Positions 1 through 14,926 of a DNA stretch of 64,000 nt are shown here, in pieces. The notes below the pieces were generated by a model. That model ran no database searches, had not been told where the DNA came from, and worked only from the letters and a program-made list of their open reading frames with translations. This DNA is from Octopus vulgaris (Eukaryota): positions 75,454,001 through 75,518,000 of the forward strand of contig OX597823.1 of assembly GCA_951406725.2 (NCBI GenBank), in the 5' to 3' direction. The translations under genes were made by a program, and so were the position numbers. Positions within the stretch are counted from its first letter, which is position 1. Every line of letters starts with the position of its first letter.

Positions 1-250
1 CATTCGTCCGGAACGATGTTGGTCCTGAAGAATCGAGTGACCATTCCTATTGCGTGGAAATCATTCGTAAATTTGTTTTGCTCATAGCAGCGTCATCGTA
101 AGCTGCTTCAAGCATAATAGCTGTTTCGGCTGCCATTTTCCCCAGCGGAACACAGAATTTTGTTGCCGTTGGAAAACCGAGCATAACTCACCGAAGATGC
201 GATTTGAAATGTTAACTTTCATGCCCAAATGACAATGTAACCTTCATATA
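1..250 (-). mobile_element. mariner transposase N-terminal (HTH) remnant, truncated by the window edge
   Basis: Minus strand reads KFCVPLGKMAAETAIMLEAAYDDAAMSKT, then after a frameshift QIYE*FPRNRNGHSILQDQHRSGR. This matches the mariner pattern KFCxxLGKxAxET...MSxTQVxEWFxRF..GR..LED..RSGRP. Confidence 0.8.
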
Positions 251-358
251 ATTAAGGTAACTTCAGCCTAATGAGTAGGTAACCGAGTGCTCTTCGTTGA
301 GTAATTAATACACAAGAGGAAATACTAGCTAGGAATCATGTTTCACTACCTAAATTTG

Positions 359-380
359 AATATATATATATATGTGTGTG

Positions 381-462
<82 letters not shown>
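359..462. repeat. (AT)n/(GT)n microsatellite
   Basis: Seen directly in the sequence. Confidence 0.97.
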
Positions 463-464
<2 letters not shown>

Positions 465-1584
465 TGTATTTATAATACATGTGCATATATATAAGAATAT
501 ATATACTCATTCACAATTTGAGGAAGCAATTTCCACGTAAAAGCAATCTTGATTTTTATTTTTTTATTAGCTGTTGTAGTCCCGAATTTAGAAACTGGTG
601 CTTTTAGTGTGTTTCAATGCTTCTCTGGTATTGGTAGTAGTTCGTGTTGTGGTCCGGAATTTGTGAATGTTGGTAATTTTAATGTGTTATAATGTGTTGG
701 CGTAAAGTTTATGACATGGATACACACACTCATAGATACAAAATACATGGAGATCACAAGTAGCTCAAATTTTAACCTACGGAATTTGTCTTGTAGCACC
801 GTTTTTGACATTCCTAGTATTGATATTAGTTCTTGTGTGTTGTATGGTTTTTGTGCACCTTGTATGTTAAATGCAATATTTTATTCTTAGAATCGGTATA
901 GATTTTGGTTGAATGATTTGATTCATAGATAGCACCAATGCTGTTTATCAAAACTTTATTTCTTCCTAGTATATTTTTTTCGTATATTACAAAACACACT
1001 AAGAGTTATTGCTGTCCTTTTGCCACCTCTATTGCATTAATGTATGTGTAAATATGAAAATAGTTTAGTATGTGTGATAGGTAAGTTTAGCTTACTTTTC
1101 AAATGGATTCGATGTTTAAGTAGCATTGTAGCGTTTAATATTAGCTAAATTTTAAACGATAACTTGCTAAGCACATAAAATATGCGTCTTTTAAAGTAAG
1201 TTTGTTTACATTTGAAAATATCTAAACTTTGTCGTCAACTAAGTCAAATACGATATTTCGTAACTCAGGACTAAAATTCACTTATTTTTCTTGAAGAGAT
1301 CAAACAATATAAGATTATTGCATCTTTGAAGTTATATTTATTGATGAATCTTAAATATTGTTATAGCGAAACATATATTTGTATGAAGAATATCTTTTGC
1401 GATGTAGAATATCTTTTGGGTTATTTTGTTGGCTGAGGCGGTTACTTTTACAATCTTATACTCTCATGGGTATATATCGTTTCATCTTTTAATCTCCATT
1501 GCTTTTCCAATTGTAATACAGTTAAAACAAACTAAGCATTTAAAAATTGTTTCTTCTCCATTTTCTTTTATTGACATTTTAAGT

Positions 1585-1762
<178 letters not shown>

Positions 1763-2297
1763 AAAGAGAGAGAGTTAAAGTGTGGTGGGGTACAGTAATA
1801 GATATGCACTATAAGTGCTTAGTTACGTTTACCTCGAAAACTTCCGTGTGAAGAGCAGCCAAGAAAAAGCACTGTTGAAGCTGCCTATCAAAGATGGTTA
1901 GAAGTGATTCGTACTTGAGCAGGAGAATATATATTGAAAACAATTCAATAATTGATATGTTTTACGACGACTCATCTGAAACATTTGATCATGGGTCTAC
2001 CAACGAATGTCATCTTATTTTGCGTTCTCTTTAATTCCTTAATCTCTCGTTATACTTGGAAATAATAGTATCCTGGATTAAGGTTATTCTTCATTTCTCT
2101 ATTTCTCTCTCTCTCTCTTTGTCCGATAATGCAATACCTAGGTAACGTTAAAATCTTTACTCGATAATATAAGGGTCACATGCTCAGCTATTCTAGAAAC
2201 AATTATAGAATATTTACCTTGTTTCTATAACTATTTTGCGCAGAATTTAAATATATATATATATATAAATATATATACGCACACACACATACACACA

Positions 2298-2342
<45 letters not shown>

Positions 2343-2430
2343 GCATCTACGTATGTAACTTAGTGGGTGAAGCACACTGTTCATGAATTTGTTCAGGGGC
2401 TTACAAGTCATAATGTGAAAAATGACGACG

Positions 2431-2473
2431 TTAATCTGAAAGAGGTTACCCTGCCGAAATGCGCATGCATTAA
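2431..2473 (+). ncRNA. degenerate hammerhead-like motif (PLE terminal type)
   Basis: ttaat-CTGAAAGA-gg..cc-GAAA-tgcgca-TG-c-attaa. Stem I is ttaat/attaa and stem III is the palindrome ATGCGCAT; the core has an extra A and a non-cleavable triplet. Confidence 0.35.
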
Positions 2474-3522
2474 TTTCGTGTTTACTGGGAAATCAACAAT
2501 GGAGCAGCTAGTGGTGGAGGTAAAATGCCTGTCTCGTGCATCAAATGCCATTTGAAAAAACATTGTCTAAAAATGTTGTCATTGCCACCTCTAAATAATT
2601 TGGTTGTAAAGTGTATTTGAAATTAATACCTGTGCTTATTCCCGCATAGCATACCTATACTTTGCGGACACAAAAATCACATCGGATAAAACATTTGTCT
2701 GTAAGGGAAGACAGTTTCCGTCTATGTGCATTGCAGTTAAGTTCATAATTTTCCTAATCATGAATACAGATTCCAAAATATTTTTGTTATTTAGGCAAAG
2801 TATTTCGTGAATATGAATTGTCATATAAAATATTTCAACGTTAGATGCCTGGAGTAGACGCAAGCGATGTATTGGGATGAGTGAGCGAAGAAAAATAATG
2901 AAAGTAGTAGCAGCTGAAATCGGAGAGCACTTGGGAAGACAAAAACACCTCATAAAAATGAAGACACAAACACCTCATAAAAATGCGGTCACATAGTTAA
3001 GAAATTTAGCAGACACGACACGATGTTCCGAATTACGAACGCAACGTTTTACACGAAATATTACTAAACGTATTAATTAATAGTCATTCCCTGTAGTTAC
3101 GATTCAACGCAATCGACATGCTTGGTCGAAGAGCGAGAGAGTGAGTAGAAGCAACAAGGATATATAATGTGCATTATCTACTAGGTTCATATGACCAATT
3201 TTCCTTAACGATCAGATAATAAGGCTACAAAAGCAAAGTAATTTTTTAAAACAAAATCAGTTACTTTCCCAAATTATCGTGATTATATCATAAATCATAA
3301 ACGAAGTAGTAATTTCACAGTTTGGGTAAAAGAATTAAACAGATTCCATAATATTTCAAGTAATACTGTTCGTGTTTTTAATAGTGGCTGAATTTGTACT
3401 ATGTGTGTGACATAAGAGATCTGTTAATCGATGTACATAACCATTCATCACATCGTCTGATGCCAATTTGTGTGTTTATCTTTTTATCTATTCATCTACT
3501 TATACATAAATACATGCATACA

Positions 3523-3644
<122 letters not shown>

Positions 3645-3896
3645 AATGTGTGTTTGTGTATGTAGTTGTGTGTTTGTGCCTGTGAGATTCACACGAACTC
3701 GATAACAATTGCATTACATCTTAGAGCAGAAACAGCCGCGAGCGAAGGAAGTTCATGGCTTAAGAACTTATTTCCTTGTAATTTGTTTAATTTCTTATTA
3801 CAGATCTGCACTCGGTTCTTTGTTCGTAACCATATGTGCACTGAGTTTCAAGTCAAGGTTATTAGTACTACTGTGCCTAACCGAAATGATAACATA

Positions 3897-3902
3897 CTCT
3901 CT

Positions 3903-3988
<86 letters not shown>
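3897..3988. repeat. (CT)n(AT)n compound microsatellite
   Basis: Seen directly. Confidence 0.97.
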
Positions 3989-3990
<2 letters not shown>

Positions 3991-4586
3991 CGCAATCACG
4001 CGCGCATAAAGACGCAGTCGCACACAAACACATACACACGCGCATGTACATACAGGACGATGAGAATATGTGTAGGCTAAATAATGGGATGATTTCATGT
4101 GAATACATGCTAAATATATTCATTGGAAGAGAGGTTTTCTTTAGAAATATATTTTGTAAGGGAGAATACGGAAGAGCGTGCTCAGATTCCGTATGGATTT
4201 CATATAATAAATAGTTTCATGCATACACGTGAACGCCTTATTCATATGTTATATTACATTACAATATTATTCGTTGTACTATACAAGCCGATGAGATGGC
4301 TATGACATGGATTGCAGATATCAGAATAGAGTCAATTGGATTACAGACACAAACACACGCACACACACTGATGCAGATGAACACTCAAACAATGGGAATA
4401 CATATACTCATACAACCATATATATAATGTGTGTGTGCGCGTATACACGCACACACACACAAACACACACACACACACCTGCATATATATATATATATGT
4501 GTGTGTGTGTGTTTGTACATAAATATGTATACACATATAAATGTATATATGTATGTGTGTGTATCAGCGCTTGAGTCTGTGTGCGT

Positions 4587-4638
<52 letters not shown>

Positions 4639-5024
4639 TAAATAGATAGAGATATAGATTGATAGATAGATAGATACATATGTATATGTATATATGTACT
4701 AATAAGTTATTATTCAAGTATTTCACCATGCAACTTTCTTCGATACTATGCTAACAGGCAGTGTCTCAGACTACGTTCCTTTCAAGCGCTTTGTATTTCT
4801 GTTTGTGAACGTATTGGTGCACGTGAGTGACTCCCTAAAGTAAATATACGGGACTTTATTCAAATTTAAAGGTGTGAGACTTAGTAACACCAGCACATGC
4901 AATATAATGTTTTTACTATTATATTATCTCAAATAATATTTCTTTGTATACCATACTATGGACTGAGTTGAAGTAGCTACCGTATCAATTAGCAAACTCG
5001 TCCTATAGAGAAATGTTTGCTTGG

Positions 5025-5392
5025 TAGGCGCATGGCTCAGCGTTTAGTGCGTCGGGCTTACTTACAACTGTGGTGTCTTGAGTTCAATCACCGGACCGAA
5101 CTGTGTGGTGTATAGTTCAGCAAGACACTTTAGAAATGAATAGAAATGAAACCAGATGTCATTAGTGTAAACTTGTATCTTGCCTGTGCCTTGGTTATGG
5201 TGGCGATCTGGCAGAATCGTTTGCGGCATTTCGTCCTCCTTCATGTTCTGAGTTCATATTCCGCTTTTTATTGACTTTGCATTCTATCGTTCTGGGATCA
5301 ATAAAATATGTACCAGTTAATTGCTGGGGTTGATGCAATTTATTTACGCCCTCCTAGAATTTGCTGGCATTGTGCCAAAATTTGAAACCAAT
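5025..5392 (+). mobile_element. degenerate tRNA-derived SINE head followed by a Nin-like SINE copy
   Basis: Head tggctcagcg...gagttcaatc at 5033-5090. Segment 5197-5392 aligns to the SINE at 42028-42262 (ttgactttgc..., gtaccagt...ctggggttgat). Confidence 0.7.
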
Positions 5393-5834
5393 ATTAGAAT
5401 TGTTTGTGGAAAATAAAGTAACGAGATTTTTGTTTTTCACGTTTCCTCTTTTACGCTACGTGTAGATCTATAAAATTTGCAATCCATTAAATAAAATAGC
5501 ATATATCTGTCTGCATTAAAATTATTTTAGTGAATTGAAACAGGCCATTGAAGGTGTAGATAACCTCATAGTTAATTATTAAACAATTTCTTCATAGATC
5601 ATATGGTGTGGAAATGTATTAATTGATTATGATTTTATGATAAGGTATAAGTTTATTATAAGTAAGCAGAATATATCTGAAAGGAAGAGAAATATCAACG
5701 CACATGACCATATGAACAACTTCATTATTACCCTCACTTATCCACGCTGTCTGCCCCCCTTTTTCACTCTCTTTCGTACACACATAGAAAGCCGCTCATA
5801 CAGTGTATAGGCATATTTATATACATATTTATAC

Positions 5835-5953
5835 ACACACACATATATATATAAATGTATATATAAATATATAATTCCATATCTATATATGTATATGTAT
5901 ATATATATATAAATATATATATATTGGTATATTTATGTATGTATGTATGTATG

Positions 5954-6015
<62 letters not shown>

Positions 6016-6081
6016 TATATTAATGTATGTATGTGTGTATATATATATATATATAAATATATATAAATATATATATATATA

Positions 6082-6148
<67 letters not shown>

Positions 6149-6150
6149 AT
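5835..6150. repeat. compound (AT)n/(ATGT)n microsatellite
   Basis: Seen directly. Confidence 0.95.
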
Positions 6151-7189
6151 ATATGGTAGTAAATTCAACTGCAAATTTGCCGTACAGTACAGATAATATT
6201 CATTCAGGCGGGGTCTCTACGGTAAAGGGAATAAAAAGTTATATCGTTCTCAACATCATTTTTATACGAAGGAGGCATCGCCTTATGTGGAGCTAAGTTG
6301 TCTTCTTTCAGATATAGATGTAGCTGGATATGCTACGTGCCCTATCATAGTCAGTGCAACGGTTGATGGTATCTTTCTTTTTTCCGCTGTAGGTATCTTG
6401 AAATCAATGCCAGTACAAATATTTCAAGCAGTATTTTTCTAATGTCAGCGATATGATAAACTGCCAAACATTGATATATTTACAAAGGAAGCTGAAAACT
6501 TTGATAGTTTTATCCACTTAACAATTGTTTTTCTCGTATTCAAATCTCAATGTTTCACACAAAAATTCATTTTCTTCATGAATCTTTTTTTTTCACCTTG
6601 CTTCAACTGTCTTCAATTTTTTTCTTCTTAAGCCTGTTTGTTCTACATTTCTAATCGATTGGCACGCACTTTGTTCCTCTTAGTTGCGTCAAATACGTAT
6701 ATTTGTTTGTTTATCTATGTACGCATGCACGTTCACACATGCATATACCCACACTTACTTTCATTGCATTCTTAATATTTTTTGTTGCATCTTTCTCCGA
6801 TTCTAAGCACCTCACTCACTTACCGCCTCTCAAACTTCTATAATTCATGCATTTTTTTCGTTTCTTCCATGTCCATTATGTTCATGTTGTGTTATTACTT
6901 AACGTTTTGTTTTAATTCATTTTATCACTTTTGTTTCCTGCACTGTTTACTCTTCTCTGTCAATTTTTTTCTACTCAGTCACATTCATATCAAACGCACA
7001 ACGCTGCAAAAATGCAAATGAAATGAAAGCTATATATATATATATATATAAATTCCATCAACAAGAGACTATACAATGTGTGTGTATATGCATGATAGTA
7101 TGTATGAATGTATGTAGATATGTATGAATCTAATTATGAATGCATGTACTCCACGAGAACAAAATAATGATGATAATAATAATAATAAT

Positions 7190-9660
7190 GTGAAATTGCC
7201 AAGCAAAATAGATAAAGAAAGCGGTTTGAATGAGACTGGAACAAATGGTGCGGCACTCTGCAGCAGGGTGGGCCCGCTCATAATCCAGCAGCTGCTAGCT
7301 ATGCTACAAGACATAAGCGGAGTAAACAAGATGCTTATGGAGTGTTACTACCTGAGCACCGCAGTGGATGCAAATGTTGTGTCTGTCAGAGGGTACAAAA
7401 AGCGAATGCACAGTGAATGGCAGGCATGGAACTGTTCGATATTACTGAACAGAGATTATGAGACCAAGCAAGAGCAATACGAAAGAATGGATGGTTAACA
7501 GAATTGGAGCTAGAAGCTACTAAAAGAAGGATAACGAGTGAGGCTAATCATGCGAGAAACGAAAGTTGTATAGTAGAAGAGATGGACAGAAGAATATAAT
7601 ACTGTGAATTTTGAAAGAATTAAGATCAGTGACTATTCAACATATGAAGATCGAGTAATAATAGACATAATTTTGGATCTATAAAATACAGAACGCAAAA
7701 GTTTTATGTGCGGCTTTTAGAAGGCTAACCAATGGAGACTAAATCAAGAAAGTAATAAGGTCAATAACGTACTGAGACACATTAAAACAAAGAACATCAA
7801 ACAAACAAATCGTCTTGTCAAGGCTATTAGAAGGATTGTGGCAGAAAGAATGGGATTGAGAACTACAGAGAATAGAACAGCGATGGACAGAAGAGAAAAT
7901 AAACAATGGTTGTGGAAAAGAAGAATGTATGAAGATATAAGCTCCTTGAACAGTCTAGTGTCAGTACGTGTCTGGAAGATAAATTCGGATTTTAAAGATA
8001 AATAGAAATTCGAAAAAGTTAGGAAGAAATACGGTGTAGATACAAAAAGTCTGAATGTTTTAACTGAAGAATGAAGCAGCCCCTACGGATTAAGCAATAC
8101 CAGCAAAAATATTGTTTAAAACCGACCAGTGAAAAGTTTACCAACAGATTAATGATGATAAAAACGTGAAAGATCAATCCCTGATGATGATGAAAGTAAA
8201 CATTTTTAGGGTAAGATATGGAGTAAGTATGAACAACACAATACTACAACTGGATGGCTCTGCAGCCTGAAGCAAACAGCTTCTTATCTACAGCAAGAGG
8301 CTATCCACGTCATAGAAAAGAATTTCAGAACTACGAATAAAAAGAGAAGCAATTGGAAAGCAGCAGGAAAGGAACTGATGGTGTACAGGGTGATTGGATA
8401 AAAATGTTCAGTATTTGTCATAAACTGATCGCAGAGCAATTTAATGCATTGATTAAAGGAGAAGAAACCTCGGGATGTTTGACAAAAGGAGGAGCCGGTG
8501 TTGTGCCTGAAATATTTATCAAATGGAAAAGCGGCTGACAATTTGTTCCCTCTTATTAATGTGGAAGTTACTGTCAGGAGGAATTGCAGAAGGACAGTAT
8601 AAATTCCTGGATGAAAACGGTATATTACCGCCCGAACAAAAAGGCTGTAGAAGATACACAGCTACGAATGATGCACTATTGATAGACGTCAAAATGTTAA
8701 TGCAAAATTGTAAACGAAGGCGAACAAATCTGAGAATGGCCTGGATTGATTATCGCAGACTTTATAAAATGATTCCACATTCATGAACCATCGATTGCTT
8801 AAATATGTTTGGAATTGCGAGGAAGATAAGGTGTTTCCCGAAAAGAAGTATGGTGGGATGGAAAACAGAACTGACAACTTATGGAAAGAGCTTGGGCATT
8901 TACTTTCGTTGACTTTTGTTCTCTGCATGATACCCCTGATTTTGGTACTAAGTAAAATGAACTTGGTATACAAAAAAACAGAAAAATCTCAAGCAATCAA
9001 CCACGTTCCCTTCATGGATGATTTGAAATTGTATGGCAAAGATGAGACTCAAGTGAGTTCCTTTGTGAACACGGTCCACTGCTTTAGTACTGATAAAAGA
9101 ATTTAATTTATACTCAAGAAATGCGGAATAATTTACCTAGCAGGGATAAAATTACCGATCAGAGACCTGATTAAAGAAATTGAAAGAATGATATAAATAC
9201 GTTGGTGTACCAGAGTCCAACGAGATAATAGAAACGGAAATGAAAGAGCAACCGATGATGGAGTATTTCCGAAGACTGGGGTTGGTGTTGCGTTCAAAAT
9301 TGACTGGATTGAATAAAATCCAAGCAGGTAATACGTGAGTGAGAGCATCACTTCGGTATTGAGTAAGAATTATAAATTAGCAAAAGAGAGAAGTGAAGGA
9401 AATGAATATCAAGGCCAGAAAAATGTTGACAGTACACAGATCCTTCTATATTAAGTGGGACACCGATTGACTGTACTTGTCCAGAAGGAGGAGGAATATT
9501 TAATAAGTTCCCGGGACTGTATCGAAGCAGAGGAAAACAGCCTAGGGTAGTATTTTAAAATGCCGTGGAGCCAATGATGAAAGACACGAAGAAGGCCGTC
9601 GCAATCAACACTGCAAATTTTGTAACTGGAGAAAAAATTTAAACAAGAAATGAACAAAAC
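7190..9660 (+). mobile_element. R4/Dong-like non-LTR retrotransposon, decayed
   Basis: Motifs across frameshifts: MECYYLS..GYKKRM..W; DQARAIRKNGWLTELELE (~7460-7515); WKAAG..DGVQGDWIK (~8354); [10 protein letters not shown] (8625); [16 protein letters not shown] (8705-8753); HVPFMDDLKLYGK (9002-9040). Many stops. Confidence 0.85.
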
Positions 9661-9869
9661 AAAAAGTAAAAGTATACTCTCTCACTCTAATAATATGGAG
9701 AAGATGAAGGAAAGGAAGAAAAGAAAATGAATTGTTATTACTATTATTGTCGTTTTTATTATTACTGTTGTTATTATTATCGTTATTATCATTTATATTG
9801 TTATTCATTTTCTTTTTCTTCCTCTTTTGCACTGCTTCAATCAATAAGCTCGCCGCCTTAGTAATAGAC

Positions 9870-9871
<2 letters not shown>

Positions 9872-9909
<38 letters not shown>

Positions 9910-9934
9910 TAATAATAATAATAATTATAATAAT

Positions 9935-9984
<50 letters not shown>

Positions 9985-10056
9985 CAGCAACAATAATAAT
10001 AATAATAATAATAATAATTATAATAATAATAATAATAGTAATAATCATAATAATAG

Positions 10057-10111
<55 letters not shown>

Positions 10112-10120
10112 GTAATAATC

Positions 10121-10154
<34 letters not shown>

Positions 10155-10180
10155 CAATAATAATAATAATAATAATAATG

Positions 10181-10214
<34 letters not shown>

Positions 10215-10267
10215 CAATAATAATAATAATAATGATAATAATAATAATAATAATAGTAATAATAATC

Positions 10268-10303
<36 letters not shown>

Positions 10304-10312
10304 GTAATAATC

Positions 10313-10346
<34 letters not shown>

Positions 10347-10395
10347 CAATAATAATAATAATAATAATAATAGTAATAATCATAATAATAATAAT

Positions 10396-10429
<34 letters not shown>

Positions 10430-10438
10430 GTAATAATC

Positions 10439-10469
<31 letters not shown>

Positions 10470-10669
10470 CAATAATAATAATAATAATAATGATAATAAT
10501 AAAAATAATAATAATAATAATAAAAACAATAATAATAATAATAATAACGATAATAATAATAATAATAATAATAGTAATAATAATAATATTAATAATAATA
10601 ATAATAGTAATAATCATAATAATAATAATAATAATAAAAACAATAATAATAATAATAATAATAATAATG

Positions 10670-10715
<46 letters not shown>

Positions 10716-10737
10716 TAAAAATAATAATGATAATGAC
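9872..10737. repeat. ~0.87 kb (AAT)n array with recurring variant units
   Basis: Seen directly; AAAAAC and AGTAATAATCAT interruptions recur. Source of the poly-Ile ORFs. Confidence 0.98.
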
Positions 10738-10740
10738 AGT

Positions 10741-10915
10741 GATGGTTTCAAATTTGGCCACAAGGCCAGTAATTATGGGGCAGTTTAGAAATGTCAATTA
10801 CATGAATACCAGCGCTAAAATGGTACGTATTTTATCGACCCCGAATAGATGAGAGGGAAAGTTGATCCCGGCGGAATCCGAAATTAAATGATAGCCGGAA
10901 GAAACGTTATACCAG
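10741..10915 (-). mobile_element. Nin-like SINE, degenerate
   Basis: ttttatcgaccccgaa..gatg..aaagttga.cccggcggaat matches the 42028-42262 copy. Confidence 0.75.
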
Positions 10916-11529
10916 GCCAAGAGATCAATATCAAAAGTTCGTAGACTCTGTATATCGAACGAAATAACTATTTCTAAAATAACGGCAATTAAATTAGTCT
11001 CCTATCATGTGAGATTTCAGAACGAGAATACGACAAAGAACAGTATAATTTTAAAAACCGTGGCTTGTAATATATTAGTGGAAACAGATTAAGAGCTAAG
11101 TTATTCTATTGGCGATTTAGCTATAATTGTGTGAGGCTAAATATATGAATTTCAGAAAATGGTGTTTTTGTGTATGCATGTACATGCACTTGTAATTGTT
11201 CGTGTGTTAGAAGCGTGTATATGATCGATATATTTAAATAGATAGAAAAAGAGCCTGAGACAACACGTTTCACATGAATGCATAGATATGGATCGATGGA
11301 CGTATGGATGGAGATGGCTGAATGAATAAATGATTGAATGCAGGCGTCACAAGATGGAAGATTTGATCATTCTTGAAAAGGATACTCTGATAGAAGTAGA
11401 GATCTATGGATCGATGGATAAAGAGAAATATAAGTAGAGAATTAGATCGATATATTGACATCTAGATAAATATATAGACATGCTGACAGAGAGATTAATA
11501 ATTTGGATAGTATAAAGATACTTGGATGA

Positions 11530-11588
<59 letters not shown>

Positions 11589-12064
11589 GGTATGTATGTA
11601 TATACACATATACTTATATATGAGAATATCAAACGCCTTTATAATTAAATGAATCAGAAAATATAGAAAGGGCACACGCATGGAATCTCTGACGGACGAT
11701 CTTATTTTACCCCTGGTGCACTTACAGGAAATTATAGAGTTTATCTTTGATGTCTTGTGAAATATTTTACTTTGGTATTCAATCGCAATTTATAACTGGA
11801 GTTCATTAAAAATGTCAATGATCACTGTAGGGGGAGTATTATTATAAATTTATTTTAATGTAACAGACGATGGTGATGTGGATGAGGAGGAGGCGATGAA
11901 AAAATACGAATATGCAGATGTTGAGATGAAGATGATGACGATGAAGACGACGATGTGGAGGATTATGTTTATAATGATAATAACATAAGAGATTAATTAA
12001 TTTTTTTAATCATCTTATGCCAGAACGATCGTGCCGGCTCTAGATATTTACATATATGTACAAT

Positions 12065-12133
12065 TATATATACACACGCACACACACACACACATACACA
12101 CACATAGGTATATATGTATATATGTGTGTGTGA

Positions 12134-12170
<37 letters not shown>

Positions 12171-12181
12171 CATACATATAT

Positions 12182-12269
<88 letters not shown>

Positions 12270-12371
12270 ATATATATTTTTTTTTTTTCTGAATTACTAC
12301 TACTTGGTGGTGTGAGTTATGGCTGCTCTTTCTGGTGGACGAATGACCTGTTAGGGTCACTCCTAAATTGT

Positions 12372-12456
<85 letters not shown>

Positions 12457-12460
12457 TATA
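12065..12460. repeat. (AC)n/(AT)n microsatellite cluster with an ~85 bp interspersed segment
   Basis: Seen directly; the insert at 12291-12375 resembles 56613-56685. Confidence 0.85.
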
Positions 12461-12849
12461 ATGTTCATATAATCGATATCCAGAAAACTTGTTAGCGTTG
12501 GAGAGACTGTTTTCTGTGCAAGGAGGAGGATAACGTTTCCTTCCCAATGTTTGAAAATTTCGCTGTTGATGGTATAATATGTGTATAACGTTATATCTTT
12601 AAATTTTTATATGTGTATGCGTTTGTACATATATGTGTACATTTGTAACTATCGGTATGTAAGAGTAATTTTCACACGAGATAATTATAGAATTAATTAA
12701 TGTGTTGTTAAAACTTATTTTGGTGTATGTATAACTTTCTTAAATATATAAGCTGATTTTAATATCGAATCAATGCAGATTATAAAGAAGTAATTATACA
12801 TTTCGATACTTAGTACTATTATTTAATATTTCAGTATTTCATGTTTTCC

Positions 12850-13800
12850 CTTGAATATGCCGATTTTGTCTGGTGGTTTGATAATATCTTGGCGTTTAGT
12901 AAATGTCTACAGAAAAACACTCTACATAAAGACTTTTTAGAATTGTAGCTTGTTGGTGATCTTGCTTTTTCCATCACTGCATCTGCTGCGCATCCTCTCG
13001 ATCTCATTTCCACTGTTGGTCATCTTAGCTCTGTTGTGCTGGTAGGATTTATAATATTCAAGTAAGTTCATGCATGCAATAATTGTTTGCGAATGTTTCG
13101 TTCATTGTGATTTTTGTTTGAAAATGAAGCAGTTTTAAGGAACTAGTGTTACTGAAGTGCTCCACTTCAAATTTTATATCCGCATGGATTTTGTTGAATA
13201 TAATGTTATATTCTGAGAGTATTCGCGAGATAATGATGTCACCACGCATCTAGTTAAAAATGAAGACGTCCTCCACGCATGTAGCGAAAAAGTCAAGGAC
13301 GTGACAATGTTGAATGCTCTGTATTCCAACTAGTCCATGAATGTAGTGACTCATAGACCTTTACCTCATCAGCAGTTTAGAGATTTCTTTGTAAATGGAC
13401 CGCTCGAATTGCAATTAAATATTTTCCAATATACTTCTTAAAATTCGTGAGGGCTAAGCAACTAAATGTATGAGAGGCGGGAATGTGTACCATTAGCATG
13501 TAGATAGAAGGGTCACCGGGACGGAGCTGCATAACGAAACAACTCCGCTAAATATATGGATCGAAATTTTTCTGCTTGTTGAGGACTTCCGTGCAGGTTT
13601 CAACATGACTGGCAAGGTTTTAAAAATAGCGTCTAAAGAATATTAGATGCAAGGGATTTATTTGACGTGTCCGCTAATAATGGAGATAGTAGTTCTAAAT
13701 TTTAAATTTAATTCTGATTTATTTGATGAGGATCGTATCTTTAAACAACACATTATTTATACGTATACGTCTAATGGCACAGATAATTATATTCTCATTA
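12850..13800 (-). mobile_element. Penelope-like RT remnant
   Basis: Minus strand has NKIHADIKFEVEHFSNTSSLKLLHF (cf. PLE NSIHPNIKFEIE..SLSFLD), a degenerate RYVDDI-like site at ~13235-13252 and an RPIISG-like site at ~13670. Confidence 0.6.
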
Positions 13801-14097
13801 AAGTAGTATTGGCAAATAATGGGGGGAAATGGTCATGAAGCAGAATAATGTTAATTTTGATATGTTGAGTTTGTTCTTCATTAAAAGAAGGTGACGGAGG
13901 TATTGCTGTTGATGCTGCTGCTACTGCTACTACTACTACTACTACTAGTCTACTGGTGTTGTTACTATCTAGTTTTTTTCCCCTCTCTCCATATGTATAT
14001 ATATGTGTGTATGTGTGTAAATACTTACATACATATATGTATATATATATATGTGTGTGTGTATATATATATATATACATGTATATATATATATGCT

Positions 14098-14179
<82 letters not shown>

Positions 14180-14541
14180 GAAGGCGAACGATTGGTCAAG
14201 GCAGAGCTCTGACATTTAATTTCATTTAATTCAGTCTAAAAATAGTAAATTAATACAAAACTGGTAAATGAATTTAAATAGTCCTGCTTTGCCTAATTGT
14301 TTACCTTCCTCACTACTTTAACCGACACGTACTGACTCAAAGGTAAGCTAACAACTGCTACATTCTTTCGAACAATATTTTCACACAACCACAACCCCAG
14401 CCAGTGATCTAACTAAAATTTGAGGAATTACCTATTGGAGGATTCAGAATTAATTATAAAATATATAAAAAATATAAAATATAAAATATAAAAATCCAAT
14501 TATATATATATATATATGTATATATCCAATATATATATATG

Positions 14542-14574
<33 letters not shown>

Positions 14575-14882
14575 TTGTGTGTGTGTATGTATGTATGTAT
14601 ATATAGCAAATAAGAAAATGGAGGAGAACAATATTCTTTTAAAATCTAGTTTCAGCTCACAAGCTGTGGCCATGCTTGGGCACCGCCATTGCAATATAAA
14701 TTAATGGTAAAATCCTCTTTCTCTTCACCCATTTAATACACTAGTTAATGTTATTGAATTGCAATAAAAGACAGTTGTGTATTAATAATTGGGCATTCTA
14801 CCAACAGTATATGAGATTGGTATTATCCCTAGTGGGTTGTATTCACATCCCCCTAACTTTCTTGGATTTATATATATACATA

Positions 14883-14926
<44 letters not shown>

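Noticed and set aside
614-880. Minus-strand ORF as possible LINE ORF1 remnant
   Set aside because: No diagnostic motif
6311-6368. Small AG..GT-bounded open segment
   Set aside because: Too short, weak donor, no recognisable protein
9605-10852. Poly-Ile ORFs up to 250 aa
   Set aside because: Translation of the (AAT)n array
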